Shown one piece after another: positions 55,442-63,419 of a DNA stretch of 64,000 nucleotides. Source of the stretch: Pseudomonadota bacterium. Lineage in GTDB: Bacteria > Pseudomonadota > Alphaproteobacteria > Rhizobiales > Rhizobiaceae. The notes under the pieces are model-generated. The model did no database searches. It was not told where the DNA came from and saw nothing but the letters and a program-made list of their open reading frames with translations. Positions within the stretch are counted from its first letter, which is position 1. Every line of letters starts with the position of its first letter. The translations under genes and the position numbers were made by a program. The stretch lies in NCBI GenBank assembly GCA_039198355.1, contig JBCCTO010000012.1, positions 8,621 through 72,620 of the forward strand. Reading direction: 5' to 3'.

Positions 55442-56149
55442 TTAGATGAGTTCCCAGGACCAGCCGAGATACGAACCGTAATCCCAGTAATACGCCAATT
55501 GTGCGTACCAACCGACGTGCCATCCAACCGTCCATCCCACGTGCCAACTGACGTTCCAGCCGTAAGCCCAGCCCTCATACCAAGCCCAACTCCAGCCCCA
55601 TCTCCAACTGGGTGCTTCGCCATAGATGCTGCGGGAAGTGTCTAGGTAGTAAGTATATTCGTATGCATAATAGTTGCCGTAGTAATAGCCCACATTCCAT
55701 CCCAGGTTCCAGCCGACGTGCCAGCCCACGTTCCAACCGTAGCTCCAACCTGTAGAGTAGCTGTCTTGGTGCCAACCGTACTGCCAGCCAAGAACATAAG
55801 TCCAGCTTTCAAAATTGGTTGTTTGAACTTGTAATACGTAATCAGACTCAGCTACTGCGAATGCGTCTACTGCAATATACACAGTTTGTGCGCCAGTAAA
55901 CTCAACGGTCATCCCTTCGCTGGCAGCGCCTCTTTGCGTGCCAGAACTTTTAAGCACGTATTCATCATCGTAGACGTAGAGATCTAGATCCTCGTATAGG
56001 CGCTGCAACGTTATGGAGATAATCCCGCGCCCGGACACATCGATTGAAAAGTAATCCACCGGATCAAACAAATCGACGCGATCTTCCACAATCCCATAGT
56101 CGTTTGGTAGTGGTATGGGACGGGCTGTTGCGAAAGAGTTGTCGGACAT
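55442..56149 (-). CDS. PPC (pre-peptidase C-terminal)-like domain fused to an extreme Trp/Gly/Tyr-rich tetrapeptide-repeat region
   Basis: ORF 55442..56206 (TTG); ATG 56149 (MSDNSF) is preferred. The N-terminal half has DPVDYFSIDVSGRGIISITL...DLDLYVYDD..., which is PPC-like. The C-terminal 124 aa hold 22 Trp (hand count) in GWxVGW-type repeats (GWSYGWNVGWHVGWNLGWNVG ... GWAYGWNVSWHVGWTVGWHVGW). Confidence 0.7.
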   Translation of the reverse strand: MSDNSFATARPIPLPNDYGIVEDRVDLFDPVDYFSIDVSGRGIISITLQRLYEDLDLYVYDDEYVLKSSGTQRGAASEGMTVEFTGAQTVYIAVDAFAVAESDYVLQVQTTNFESWTYVLGWQYGWHQDSYSTGWSYGWNVGWHVGWNLGWNVGYYYGNYYAYEYTYYLDTSRSIYGEAPSWRWGWSWAWYEGWAYGWNVSWHVGWTVGWHVGWYAQLAYYWDYGSYLGWSWELI

Positions 56150-56234
56150 TTTGATATTTCCAGATTGGAACGTAGACCCAGCGTGCCAGAATTTGAGGCG
56201 TTCCAATAGACTCTAAAACCCTCTGTTTTGCACT

Positions 56235-56345
56235 TTAACGCCCAATCTCCCGCTCTGCAGCTTGCGCTAAAAACCCGGACCGCGTCATCTTTCTTTGCGC
56301 CGCGGCTTCATCTACCGCTTTCGGCAATCCATTGTATGAAGTCAT
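56235..56345 (-). CDS. 36-aa ribbon-helix-helix-like ORF or antitoxin fragment (MTSYNGLPKAVDEAAAQRKMTRSGFLAQAAEREIGR)
   Basis: Hand-found. The ..AVDEAA...M(T/S)RSGFLAQAA.. pattern resembles the RHH C-terminal part of CopG/HicB-type antitoxins. It is too short to be a complete protein of that type. Confidence 0.3.
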   Translation of the reverse strand: MTSYNGLPKAVDEAAAQRKMTRSGFLAQAAEREIGR

Positions 56346-56377
56346 AGTGATACGCGTTGACTTGTCCGCAATGCGGA

Positions 56378-56454
56378 GCGGTGGAAGAGACTATCTGAAG
56401 CGGGAGCGGGCTATTGGAGACGTTCAGGCGACGGAGGCCGAGGGGTGGTGGTGA
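56378..56454 (+). pseudogene. displaced, frameshifted copy of the 3' end of the AAA+ ATPase gene
   Basis: 56401..56454 (RERAIGDVQATEAEGWW*) aligns codon for codon with 55277..55330 (RERAIGEIEAMKAEGRW*), with 40 of 54 nt identical by hand alignment. The upstream GCGGTGGAAGAGA block is also shared (55244 vs 56378), but with a 10-nt length difference. Confidence 0.6.
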
Positions 56455-56512
56455 TTGAACTTTGCACCCTGTGAGCCTATGTTGGCTAAGTTGGCCAGAA
56501 TGGAAATTTGCG

Positions 56513-56767
56513 ATGTCTGTGACGGTTGGAACCTACGAAGCCAGAAACAATTTGAGCGCTCTTTTGGACAGGGTCGAACGAGGCGAAAGCGTAACGATCA
56601 CGCGCAATGGTAAGCCCATTGCAGAACTGCGGTCTCCGCAACAGGTCCATGATCGTGCGAAAGCGCAGGCAGCTGCAAAGCGCATGCTGGAACGGCGTGC
56701 AAAAATTCCGATGCCGAAAAGAGGCGATCCAACCATACGCGAAATGAGAGAAGAGGGGCGCATGTGA
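56513..56767 (+). CDS. Phd/YefM-type antitoxin
   Basis: ORF 56462..56767, with the start at ATG 56513 (MSVTVGTYEARNNLSALLDRVERGESVTITRNGKPIAEL). It overlaps the PIN gene start by 4 nt. Confidence 0.8.
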   Translation: MSVTVGTYEARNNLSALLDRVERGESVTITRNGKPIAELRSPQQVHDRAKAQAAAKRMLERRAKIPMPKRGDPTIREMREEGRM

Positions 56768-57183
56768 CCTATGTGCTTGATGCTTCGGTTGCTGCTTCAT
56801 GGACTTTGCCTGATGAGGCAGACGCCTATGGCGACGCGGCATTGGAAACGCTTTCAGCGCACGGGGCCGTAGCGCCGGAGTTTTTCATTGTGGAAATTGC
56901 CAATGTTTTGAATTCAGCCATTCGGCGAAATCGCATATCAGAAGAAGATCGTGATGGTTCTCTTAATGACTTGATGGACAGCAATATTTCTTATTATTCC
57001 ATTGATCGAGATATTTGCTGGCGCACGATAACTAAACTCGCCCACAATCAAATGCTGTCAGTGTATGATGCCATTTATATTCATACCGCTAAACAAACAG
57101 GACTGCCGCTGGCTACACTGGACAAAAAGCTGGCTCGCGCGTGCTCGCCGGTTGGCGTCTCTCTGTGGAAACCAACCCCATGA
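56764..57183 (+). CDS. vapC: PIN-domain toxin (VapC-like)
   Basis: GTG start. Contains YVLDASVAASW (first acidic residue), ..EIANVL.. and ..VYDAIYIHTAKQTGLPLATLDKKL... The stop overlaps the next ATG (ATGA at 57180-57183). Confidence 0.85.
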   Translation: MTYVLDASVAASWTLPDEADAYGDAALETLSAHGAVAPEFFIVEIANVLNSAIRRNRISEEDRDGSLNDLMDSNISYYSIDRDICWRTITKLAHNQMLSVYDAIYIHTAKQTGLPLATLDKKLARACSPVGVSLWKPTP

Positions 57184-58472
57184 AACGCCTTGAGGATAAC
57201 GCGCTCATCTTTGGGCGGATGATGCGGGTGGCGGAGCCGCATTTGATTGAGCGGTACAATGAGGCGCTCACCGGCTTTAATTTGCCGCCCACCAAGCTCA
57301 AATCATTTCGCATTGATTTGACGGGCTTTTCGCCGGAGGTGGCGGATGAGCTGGGGGATCGGCAGTATCTCGATCCCCACGGGGTGAATCGGCGCTTTAT
57401 AATTCTCTCCCCCAGTCAGCGGGAATTGCCGGTGGTGCATACGGCATTTTCCAATACCGGCCAGCTCATGCACGAGTTTTTTGATGCCAACAGCCGGGTT
57501 ATCAACGCGCTCACCATCAAGGACGTGATCTTCGGGGAGATTGATGACCCCGTGCTGGAGGCGCGGGATATTGATGATCTGCTCTCCATCGAACAGGTGG
57601 AATTTAAGGTTTCCACCGGGCGGGATGTGGCGGGGCAGGCGCTGAAATTGCGGCGTATGATCGACCGAGTTCTGAAGGAGCCGGATGGCTGGCGCGATGA
57701 TGCCATGCTGGAAGAGATGGTGGAGATTTCCAAATCCACAGGCGACATCCGCGCCAATGAACTGGTGCCCCAATCAGTGATCTTTCGCCATGATGCGTTT
57801 TGGACCAGTCATTTTGGCGGGCTTTACGTATTCATCGATGAAAAAGACACGACGGTGATCGGCGATCCCGCTGCCCCGGGTTTTCGCCGGTCTCGGCCAT
57901 GGCAGGTTAGCTATATCGACCGCAAGGATGCCGATCTGGTGTTCCGCTTCCTCACGGAGACCGGGCGGGTTGACCTGCCGCGCGGGTCCTGGATTGAGCG
58001 GTCGGGCTATCTCAAGCATCGCATCCACATGCTCATCACCATGCTGGCTTTCCTGGAAGACCCCGATGACGACCACGAACCCCATTCGGGTAAGTGGCGG
58101 CGGCACTGGACGCGGCGCAACAGCAAGCTGATCGAAAAAGAGGGCACGCTCCCATTCCTGGAATGGGCGCAGCGGGAATATGAAAGCTGGGCCACGCTGG
58201 ACTTGAACGAAGTGGATGCACGGGGGCGTTTCATCCTCTCCCGCGCCAAGCCGGGGCATGAGGACCAATGGCTGGTGAACAGGCTTATCAGCGATTATGT
58301 GCCGTTTGATTTTGTCTCCCGCTATATTTTCAACAAACCCAGCTTCTATCCCGATTATGAAGGCTGGCGCGAAGAGCTGCGGGAATATGTGGTGGAAACC
58401 ATCCAGCATCTCTATCACAGCGATAAGCGCGGGTTCCGCCGCCGCTTGTACGGCCATCACGGCTCAGACTAA
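57180..58472 (+). CDS. hypothetical protein (430 aa), family not recognised
   Basis: ORF 57141..58472, with the start at ATG 57180 (MKRLEDNALIFGRMMRVAEPHLIERYNEAL). Soluble-looking, with host-like composition. Confidence 0.6.
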   Translation: MKRLEDNALIFGRMMRVAEPHLIERYNEALTGFNLPPTKLKSFRIDLTGFSPEVADELGDRQYLDPHGVNRRFIILSPSQRELPVVHTAFSNTGQLMHEFFDANSRVINALTIKDVIFGEIDDPVLEARDIDDLLSIEQVEFKVSTGRDVAGQALKLRRMIDRVLKEPDGWRDDAMLEEMVEISKSTGDIRANELVPQSVIFRHDAFWTSHFGGLYVFIDEKDTTVIGDPAAPGFRRSRPWQVSYIDRKDADLVFRFLTETGRVDLPRGSWIERSGYLKHRIHMLITMLAFLEDPDDDHEPHSGKWRRHWTRRNSKLIEKEGTLPFLEWAQREYESWATLDLNEVDARGRFILSRAKPGHEDQWLVNRLISDYVPFDFVSRYIFNKPSFYPDYEGWREELREYVVETIQHLYHSDKRGFRRRLYGHHGSD

Positions 58473-58505
58473 AGTCCGCCCAACGGAGCGGCAAAGGATA
58501 CGACC

Positions 58506-59633
58506 ATGCTCGACCCAATCGTGAATTTCTTCGTGCGCGTGTTCAATATGATTGGGCGTGGCATTGGCTGGGTGATCGCTGCGATCCTGTTTCCGTTTGT
58601 TTGGATCACGCGCTGGGTTCGCAAAAGGGGGTTCGCCTTAAAATCCGCTTTCGCGCTGTTGTTGATCGGCATCGTTGCTGGCTACTTTTACCTCATCTGG
58701 CAGACCCAGCGGTATCCCAGCTTCGATATTGCCTATACAGATCGTTATAACTGGACCTCTCGCAGCCTCTCCGCTGGTGAGGAGGTTGTGGCTGAAGGGG
58801 AGACCAGCGGGGCAGGGGAGACGAAAACCTGTGCACCATCGGCCATTGTGCAGGTGACGCGGGATTTGATCGACTTCAACGTCAATCAAAACCAGTGGGT
58901 GCCCTCCATGCTGTTCCAAAAGCTGGGCTTCTTCGGGCTGGATTGGAAATACACCCCCTTTTTCGACAATAAGGCCGCGTTTCAGCGGGGCATTAATCAG
59001 GCGGTGCGGCGCACTTCGGCAGAATTGATTGACCGCCTTGGTCGTGTGCGGGGCACAAGCCAGTTGGACGGTGATTTGCAGAGCGCCCGAGAGGCGGTCT
59101 TTTATCCTGAAGACTTGTGGTATGTGTCTGGCCTGCGTCCGGTGCAGCCGACGCCCAGCCGGTTCCGCGCAGCCATACCAGCGCTGGAAAAATTCAATGA
59201 TCGTCTTGTCAAATGCGAGGCCACGTTCGACCCGCGCGCTGACAACCTGGTGCAGTTTCTGGACAGGGTGACATCGGATATTGGCTCCACGTCTGACATT
59301 CTGCGCGAGCAGACAGAGCGTTCCAACGCAGGGTGGTTCGACTTTCGGGCAGATGACCGTTTCTGGTTCACCTTTGGGCAGCTTTACGGCTATTCCGGCA
59401 TCATGCGTGCCGCGCGGGCGGACTTTAACTCGGTGGTGGAGACGCGGGGTCTTGCCAGCGTGTGGGCGCGGCTGGAGCAGCAATTTGAGCAAGCCCTCGC
59501 CATCCAGCCCCTAGTGATCTCCAACGGCGCCGAGGACGGTTTCATCATGCCCACCCATTTGGCCACAGAGGGGTTTTATGTGCTGCGCGTGCGCTCCAAT
59601 CTCGTGGAGATGCGGGATATTCTGGATCGCTAA
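58506..59633 (+). CDS. membrane-anchored protein, DUF2333-like (tentative)
   Basis: Two N-terminal TM helices (IGWVIAAILFPFVWI, ALLLIGIVAGYFYLIW) and a ~300-aa domain with WVPSMLFQKLGFFGLDWKYTPFFDNKAAFQRGINQ. The DUF2333 assignment is from memory only. Confidence 0.55.
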   Translation: MLDPIVNFFVRVFNMIGRGIGWVIAAILFPFVWITRWVRKRGFALKSAFALLLIGIVAGYFYLIWQTQRYPSFDIAYTDRYNWTSRSLSAGEEVVAEGETSGAGETKTCAPSAIVQVTRDLIDFNVNQNQWVPSMLFQKLGFFGLDWKYTPFFDNKAAFQRGINQAVRRTSAELIDRLGRVRGTSQLDGDLQSAREAVFYPEDLWYVSGLRPVQPTPSRFRAAIPALEKFNDRLVKCEATFDPRADNLVQFLDRVTSDIGSTSDILREQTERSNAGWFDFRADDRFWFTFGQLYGYSGIMRAARADFNSVVETRGLASVWARLEQQFEQALAIQPLVISNGAEDGFIMPTHLATEGFYVLRVRSNLVEMRDILDR

Positions 59634-59764
59634 GACAGGCTTTCTCCAAGAAATTTAGCAATTCGGTTCATTTCCCTTAACTCTTCGTTTACGAATACAA
59701 CTTATAAGTGTATTGATCGAAGAAACAACGGATTACGATTCGAAGCATAGGAAATTCAAGAACA

Positions 59765-59825
59765 CTGTTACCGATCCCCTGCTTTTCCTCGGTAACAGCG
59801 TGACCCGCTCCAAGCGGGTTTTTTG
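59765..59825 (+). ncRNA. candidate small-RNA 3' module: 9-bp hairpin with C/U-rich loop plus Rho-independent terminator
   Basis: CTGTTACCG-ATCCCCTGCTTTTCCT-CGGTAACAG, then ACCCGC-TCCAA-GCGGGTTTTTT (59803-59825). It lies 130-190 nt beyond the nearest upstream stop codon. The 5' end is unknown. Confidence 0.25.
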
Positions 59826-59924
59826 AGGGAGACCGATCATCCGCCCGATGGGTTTTCTTCTCCACGAAGCCGCTTGCTGTAGGGCATTCCTGCTACCCGC
59901 CCACAGCCCGCGTTTCGGCAAAAT

Positions 59925-59964
59925 GGGGTCGTGTATCTGCCCGATGCACGACCCCTCTTTTATT
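59925..59964 (+). terminator. second orphan terminator-like hairpin (GGGGTCGTG-13 nt-CACGACCCC plus TCTTTTATT)
   Basis: Perfect 9-bp GC-rich stem followed by a U-rich tract, with no credible ORF ending upstream of it. Confidence 0.45.
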
Positions 59965-60115
59965 CCCTCTCACTTTTTCCCTCACGGCAATTCGGCTTTG
60001 CCGAACACCTGCGGGACGCAGCAAACGCTTGCCAGGCGGCTCTTCGCCGCCTTTACTTTCGGGGCAGTGGCATAATGCACTTGCCAAACTTCGTTTGAGC
60101 GCGTTAGCTAACGCT

Positions 60116-60157
60116 ATGAACATCCAATTGAACATTTCCTGGTGGTGGGCGCTTTAA
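60116..60157 (+). CDS. trpL: trp leader peptide MNIQLNISWWWAL (three consecutive Trp codons)
   Basis: Hand-found 13-codon ORF, followed 37 nt later by a hairpin plus T9 terminator and then trpE(G). It resembles the rhizobial trpL peptide (..NIS.WWWA.) as I recall it. Confidence 0.8.
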   Translation: MNIQLNISWWWAL

Positions 60158-60193
60158 CGCGGCATCGGGAGAGACTTGTTTGAAAACAACCCA

Positions 60194-60224
60194 GGCCGCT
60201 CCAAATTCGGGGCGGTTTTTTTTT
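60194..60224 (+). terminator. trp attenuator terminator
   Basis: GGCCGCTCC-AAATTC-GGGGCGG followed by nine T, located between trpL and the trpE(G) start (60336). Confidence 0.8.
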
Positions 60225-60335
60225 GCCATGACGCTTCGCGCATAGAGCAAAAATGTATCGGAAAATGCGCAGCCTTGGCGCAGTTTCCGGTTCGTTTCGC
60301 GCGATACGTCGACCGGCATAAACGGAGAAAGAGCT

Positions 60336-62504
60336 ATGGCAGGTCAGGAACAGCCCTTCCGCTACAGAACCGAGGGCGGCATTGAAGTAACCCGGCACCG
60401 CTCGCCCACCGACTATGCGGGAGCGGTTGAGGCCTATGTGAGCCAGTTAGACACGCGGCGCGGGGCAGTGTTTTCGTCAAACTATGAATATCCGGGCCGT
60501 TACACGCGCTGGGATACGGCCATGATCGACCCGCCCTTGGGCGTTTCTTCCCGCGCCCGGGCGGTGAAGGTTGAGGCTTATAATGAGCGGGGGCGGGTGC
60601 TCCTGGACATGATCCAGCCCGTGCTGGAAGCCCATGAGCATTTTGAGGATTTTGCGCGCGAGGGCGATCTTCTTCGCCTTAGGGTGAAAGAGCCGGAAGG
60701 GGTGGTGAGTGAAGAAATGCGCTCCCGCGCACCCACCGTCTTTTCCGTGCTACGGGCCATTGTGGACCTCTTCCGGTCCGACGCCGACCCGTCCTTGGCG
60801 CTCTATGGTGCCTTTGGCTATGACCTCTGCTTTCAGTTCGACCCCATCGACCTGCGGCTGGAGCGTCCGGAAGATCAGCGGGATATGGTCATGTTTCTGC
60901 CCGATGAAATTCTGGTGGTGGACCACCACGCGGCGCAGGCCTGGCATGAGCGGTATGATTTTGCGTTAGAAGACGCTTCCACTCTAGGGCTGGCGCGCGG
61001 CGGGCCGGAAGTCCCGTTCGTGCCTGCCGATCACGATCCGGGTCGGGGTGACCACGAGCCGGGGGAATATGCGGCGCTGGTGCACAAAGCCAAGGAGAAA
61101 TTTCTGCGCGGTGACCTGTTTGAGGTAGTGCCGGGACAAGTATTCACTGAGCGCTGCGCTAACCCGCCTTCCGCCATTTCGCGCAAACTGAAGGAGATCA
61201 ATCCGTCCCCCTATTCCTTCTTCATCAATTTGGGGGAGGGCGAATATCTGGTGGGGGCAAGCCCTGAAATGTTCGTGCGGGTGAATGGACGGCGGGTGGA
61301 AACTTGCCCCATTTCGGGCACCATAAAACGGGGGCGTGACCCCATCGAAGACAGTGAGCAAATTCTCAAACTGCTCAATTCCAAAAAGGATGAGTCGGAA
61401 CTGACCATGTGTTCCGATGTGGACCGGAACGACAAAAGCCGCGTGTGCGAGCCGGGCAGTGTGAAAGTGATCGGGCGGCGGCAGATCGAGATGTATTCGC
61501 GGCTCATCCACACGGTGGACCATATTGAGGGCCGCTTGCGTGCGGATATGGATGCGTTCGACGCCTTCCTCTCCCACGCCTGGGCAGTGACGGTGACGGG
61601 TGCGCCGAAACTCTGGGCCATGCGGTTTATCGAACAGCACGAGCGGAGCCCCCGCGCTTGGTATGGCGGGGCCGTGGGCATGGTGGGCTTCAATGGCGAC
61701 ATGAATACGGGGCTCACGCTTCGCACAGTACGTATCAAAAACGGTATCGCGGAAGTGCGGGCCGGAGCCACGCTTCTTTATGATAGCGTTCCCGAGGAAG
61801 AAGAGGCGGAGACGGAGCTGAAAGCCTCCGCCATGTTGCAGGCCATCCGCGACACGACATTGGGAAATGGGGCCGGGGGGGTGCGCAAGGCGGCCCGGGT
61901 GGGGGAAGGCGTGAAAATCCTGCTCGTGGACCACGAGGACAGCTTTGTGCACACGCTGGCCAATTATTTCCGCCAGACGGGGGCAGATGTGGTGACCCTG
62001 CGCACGCCTATTGCCGAAGCGGCGTTTGATGAAATCAAGCCCGATTTGGTCGTACTCTCCCCCGGCCCCGGCAATCCGCAGGATTTTGATTGTGAGGCGA
62101 CCATCACAAAGGCCCGCGCGCGCAACCTGCCGCTCTTCGGCGTGTGCCTTGGGTTGCAGGCGCTGACGGAAGCCTATGGGGGTCAGCTGGACCAGTTGAA
62201 AACGCCCATGCACGGCAAGCCCTCACGCATCAAATGCCAAGACAATTCCATTGTGTTTTCCGGGCTGGAAGATCAGATCACCGTGGGCCGCTATCATTCG
62301 CTCTTTGCTGATCTTGCCCATCTGCCGGACGATATTCGCGTGACGGCGGAGACGGTTGACGGTGTAATTATGGGGATTGAGCATAAGACAGAGCCGGTCG
62401 CTGCCGTGCAGTTCCACCCCGAAAGCATCATGTCGCTGGGGCAGGACGCGGGGCAGAGGATGATTGAAAACGTGGTGGCCCATTTGGGGAAAGGTGCGCG
62501 GTAG
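60336..62504 (+). CDS. trpE: anthranilate synthase, fused component I plus glutamine amidotransferase component II, TrpE(G)
   Basis: 722 aa. The TrpE core has [26 protein letters not shown] and [24 protein letters not shown]. The C-terminal GATase has [19 protein letters not shown] and [18 protein letters not shown] is present. Confidence 0.92.
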   Translation: MAGQEQPFRYRTEGGIEVTRHRSPTDYAGAVEAYVSQLDTRRGAVFSSNYEYPGRYTRWDTAMIDPPLGVSSRARAVKVEAYNERGRVLLDMIQPVLEAHEHFEDFAREGDLLRLRVKEPEGVVSEEMRSRAPTVFSVLRAIVDLFRSDADPSLALYGAFGYDLCFQFDPIDLRLERPEDQRDMVMFLPDEILVVDHHAAQAWHERYDFALEDASTLGLARGGPEVPFVPADHDPGRGDHEPGEYAALVHKAKEKFLRGDLFEVVPGQVFTERCANPPSAISRKLKEINPSPYSFFINLGEGEYLVGASPEMFVRVNGRRVETCPISGTIKRGRDPIEDSEQILKLLNSKKDESELTMCSDVDRNDKSRVCEPGSVKVIGRRQIEMYSRLIHTVDHIEGRLRADMDAFDAFLSHAWAVTVTGAPKLWAMRFIEQHERSPRAWYGGAVGMVGFNGDMNTGLTLRTVRIKNGIAEVRAGATLLYDSVPEEEEAETELKASAMLQAIRDTTLGNGAGGVRKAARVGEGVKILLVDHEDSFVHTLANYFRQTGADVVTLRTPIAEAAFDEIKPDLVVLSPGPGNPQDFDCEATITKARARNLPLFGVCLGLQALTEAYGGQLDQLKTPMHGKPSRIKCQDNSIVFSGLEDQITVGRYHSLFADLAHLPDDIRVTAETVDGVIMGIEHKTEPVAAVQFHPESIMSLGQDAGQRMIENVVAHLGKGAR

Positions 62505-62563
62505 GCAAGGTCTGTATCTAACCGGCATCTTTTTCATTGCAGCTGCTGGGGCTGCGCTGTGGG

Positions 62564-63035
62564 TTACAACACCCTCGTCATAAACGTGCTGAACGGGTCC
62601 AATTCATAATTCGCAAACGGACCGCATTCCTTAAAGCCGTTGCGCTTGTATAGCCTCCTCCCAGGAAGAAAATCATCAGTGGAGCCGGTTTCGAGGCTTA
62701 GCCTTTCATAGCCACGGCTGCGGGCTTCTTTTTTCCAGCGTGTCGTAAAGAGCCTGACCAATGCCCACTCCCCGGCGCACTTGCCGTGTGTGCATGGATT
62801 TGATTTCGCCGTGGGCGGGGTCCAGTTCGGATAGGGCAACGCAGCCCACCAGTTCTCCATCCAATTTCGCGCTCCAGAAGGTGATGTTGTCGGCGCGCAG
62901 GGCATCCAAATCCAGCGCGTGGACGCTTTCGGGCGGGGAGATGGAGCGCATGAGGTCCAGATGGGTTTCCAGCAGAGCGGCGATTTCTCTGCCCTGCAAG
63001 TCGTCCGGTTTAATGACGAGCGCTGCTGGTGTCAT
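62564..63035 (-). pseudogene. GNAT-family N-acetyltransferase with a +1 frameshift in an A6 (T6 on the plus strand) homopolymer
   Basis: Two overlapping ORFs (62706..63035 and 62564..62905) carry the N-part (..HTRQVRRGVGIGQALYDTLEK) and the C-part (EARSRGYERLSLETGSTDDFLPGRRLYKRNGF) of one GNAT fold. The frames switch at the T6 run 62729-62734. Confidence 0.7.
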
Positions 63036-63041
63036 GGGAAA

Positions 63042-63419
63042 TCAGCCCTCTTCCGTGGGGCCGCCAGCTTCCTTCCACGCGCCAAAACCTCCGATATTCG
63101 TGACGTTGGTGAAGCCCATATCCTTGAGCGTTTTGCCCGCCAGCGCAGCTTGGCCGCCCGCGCCGCAGATCAGATAAATCTCCGCATCCTTTTTCAGCAC
63201 GTCTTTATGCATGGGCGTGTTTTCGTCGGCGTAAAATTCGATCATGCCACGGGGAAAGCGATGGGCGTTTTTGATGGTGCCGCTTTCCGCAATGGCGGCG
63301 CTGTCGCGCACATCAATGAAAACGCCACCGCCTTTATGATAGGCTTCAATGGCCTGTTCAGGGCCCATTTTCGGGACACTGGCGTTAGCCTCATCCATAT
63401 AATCTTTGGCGCTCTTCAT
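63042..63419 (-). CDS. single-domain rhodanese-like sulfurtransferase
   Basis: 125 aa. Contains FIDVRD and the active-site loop ICGAGGQAALAGKTL. Confidence 0.85.
   Translation of the reverse strand: MKSAKDYMDEANASVPKMGPEQAIEAYHKGGGVFIDVRDSAAIAESGTIKNAHRFPRGMIEFYADENTPMHKDVLKKDAEIYLICGAGGQAALAGKTLKDMGFTNVTNIGGFGAWKEAGGPTEEG

Noticed and set aside
55480-55800. A short-period (12-nt) DNA repeat that could be mistaken for a CRISPR-like or satellite array.
   Set aside because: The period is 12 nt with no spacers of CRISPR size. The repeat is in frame and encodes the GWxV tetrapeptide repeats of the Trp-rich protein.
59848-60135. ORFs 59848..60075(+) and 59893..60135(-) in the trpL upstream region.
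   Set aside because: They run through strong terminator hairpins, lack SD sequences and have implausible composition. The region is treated as non-coding.
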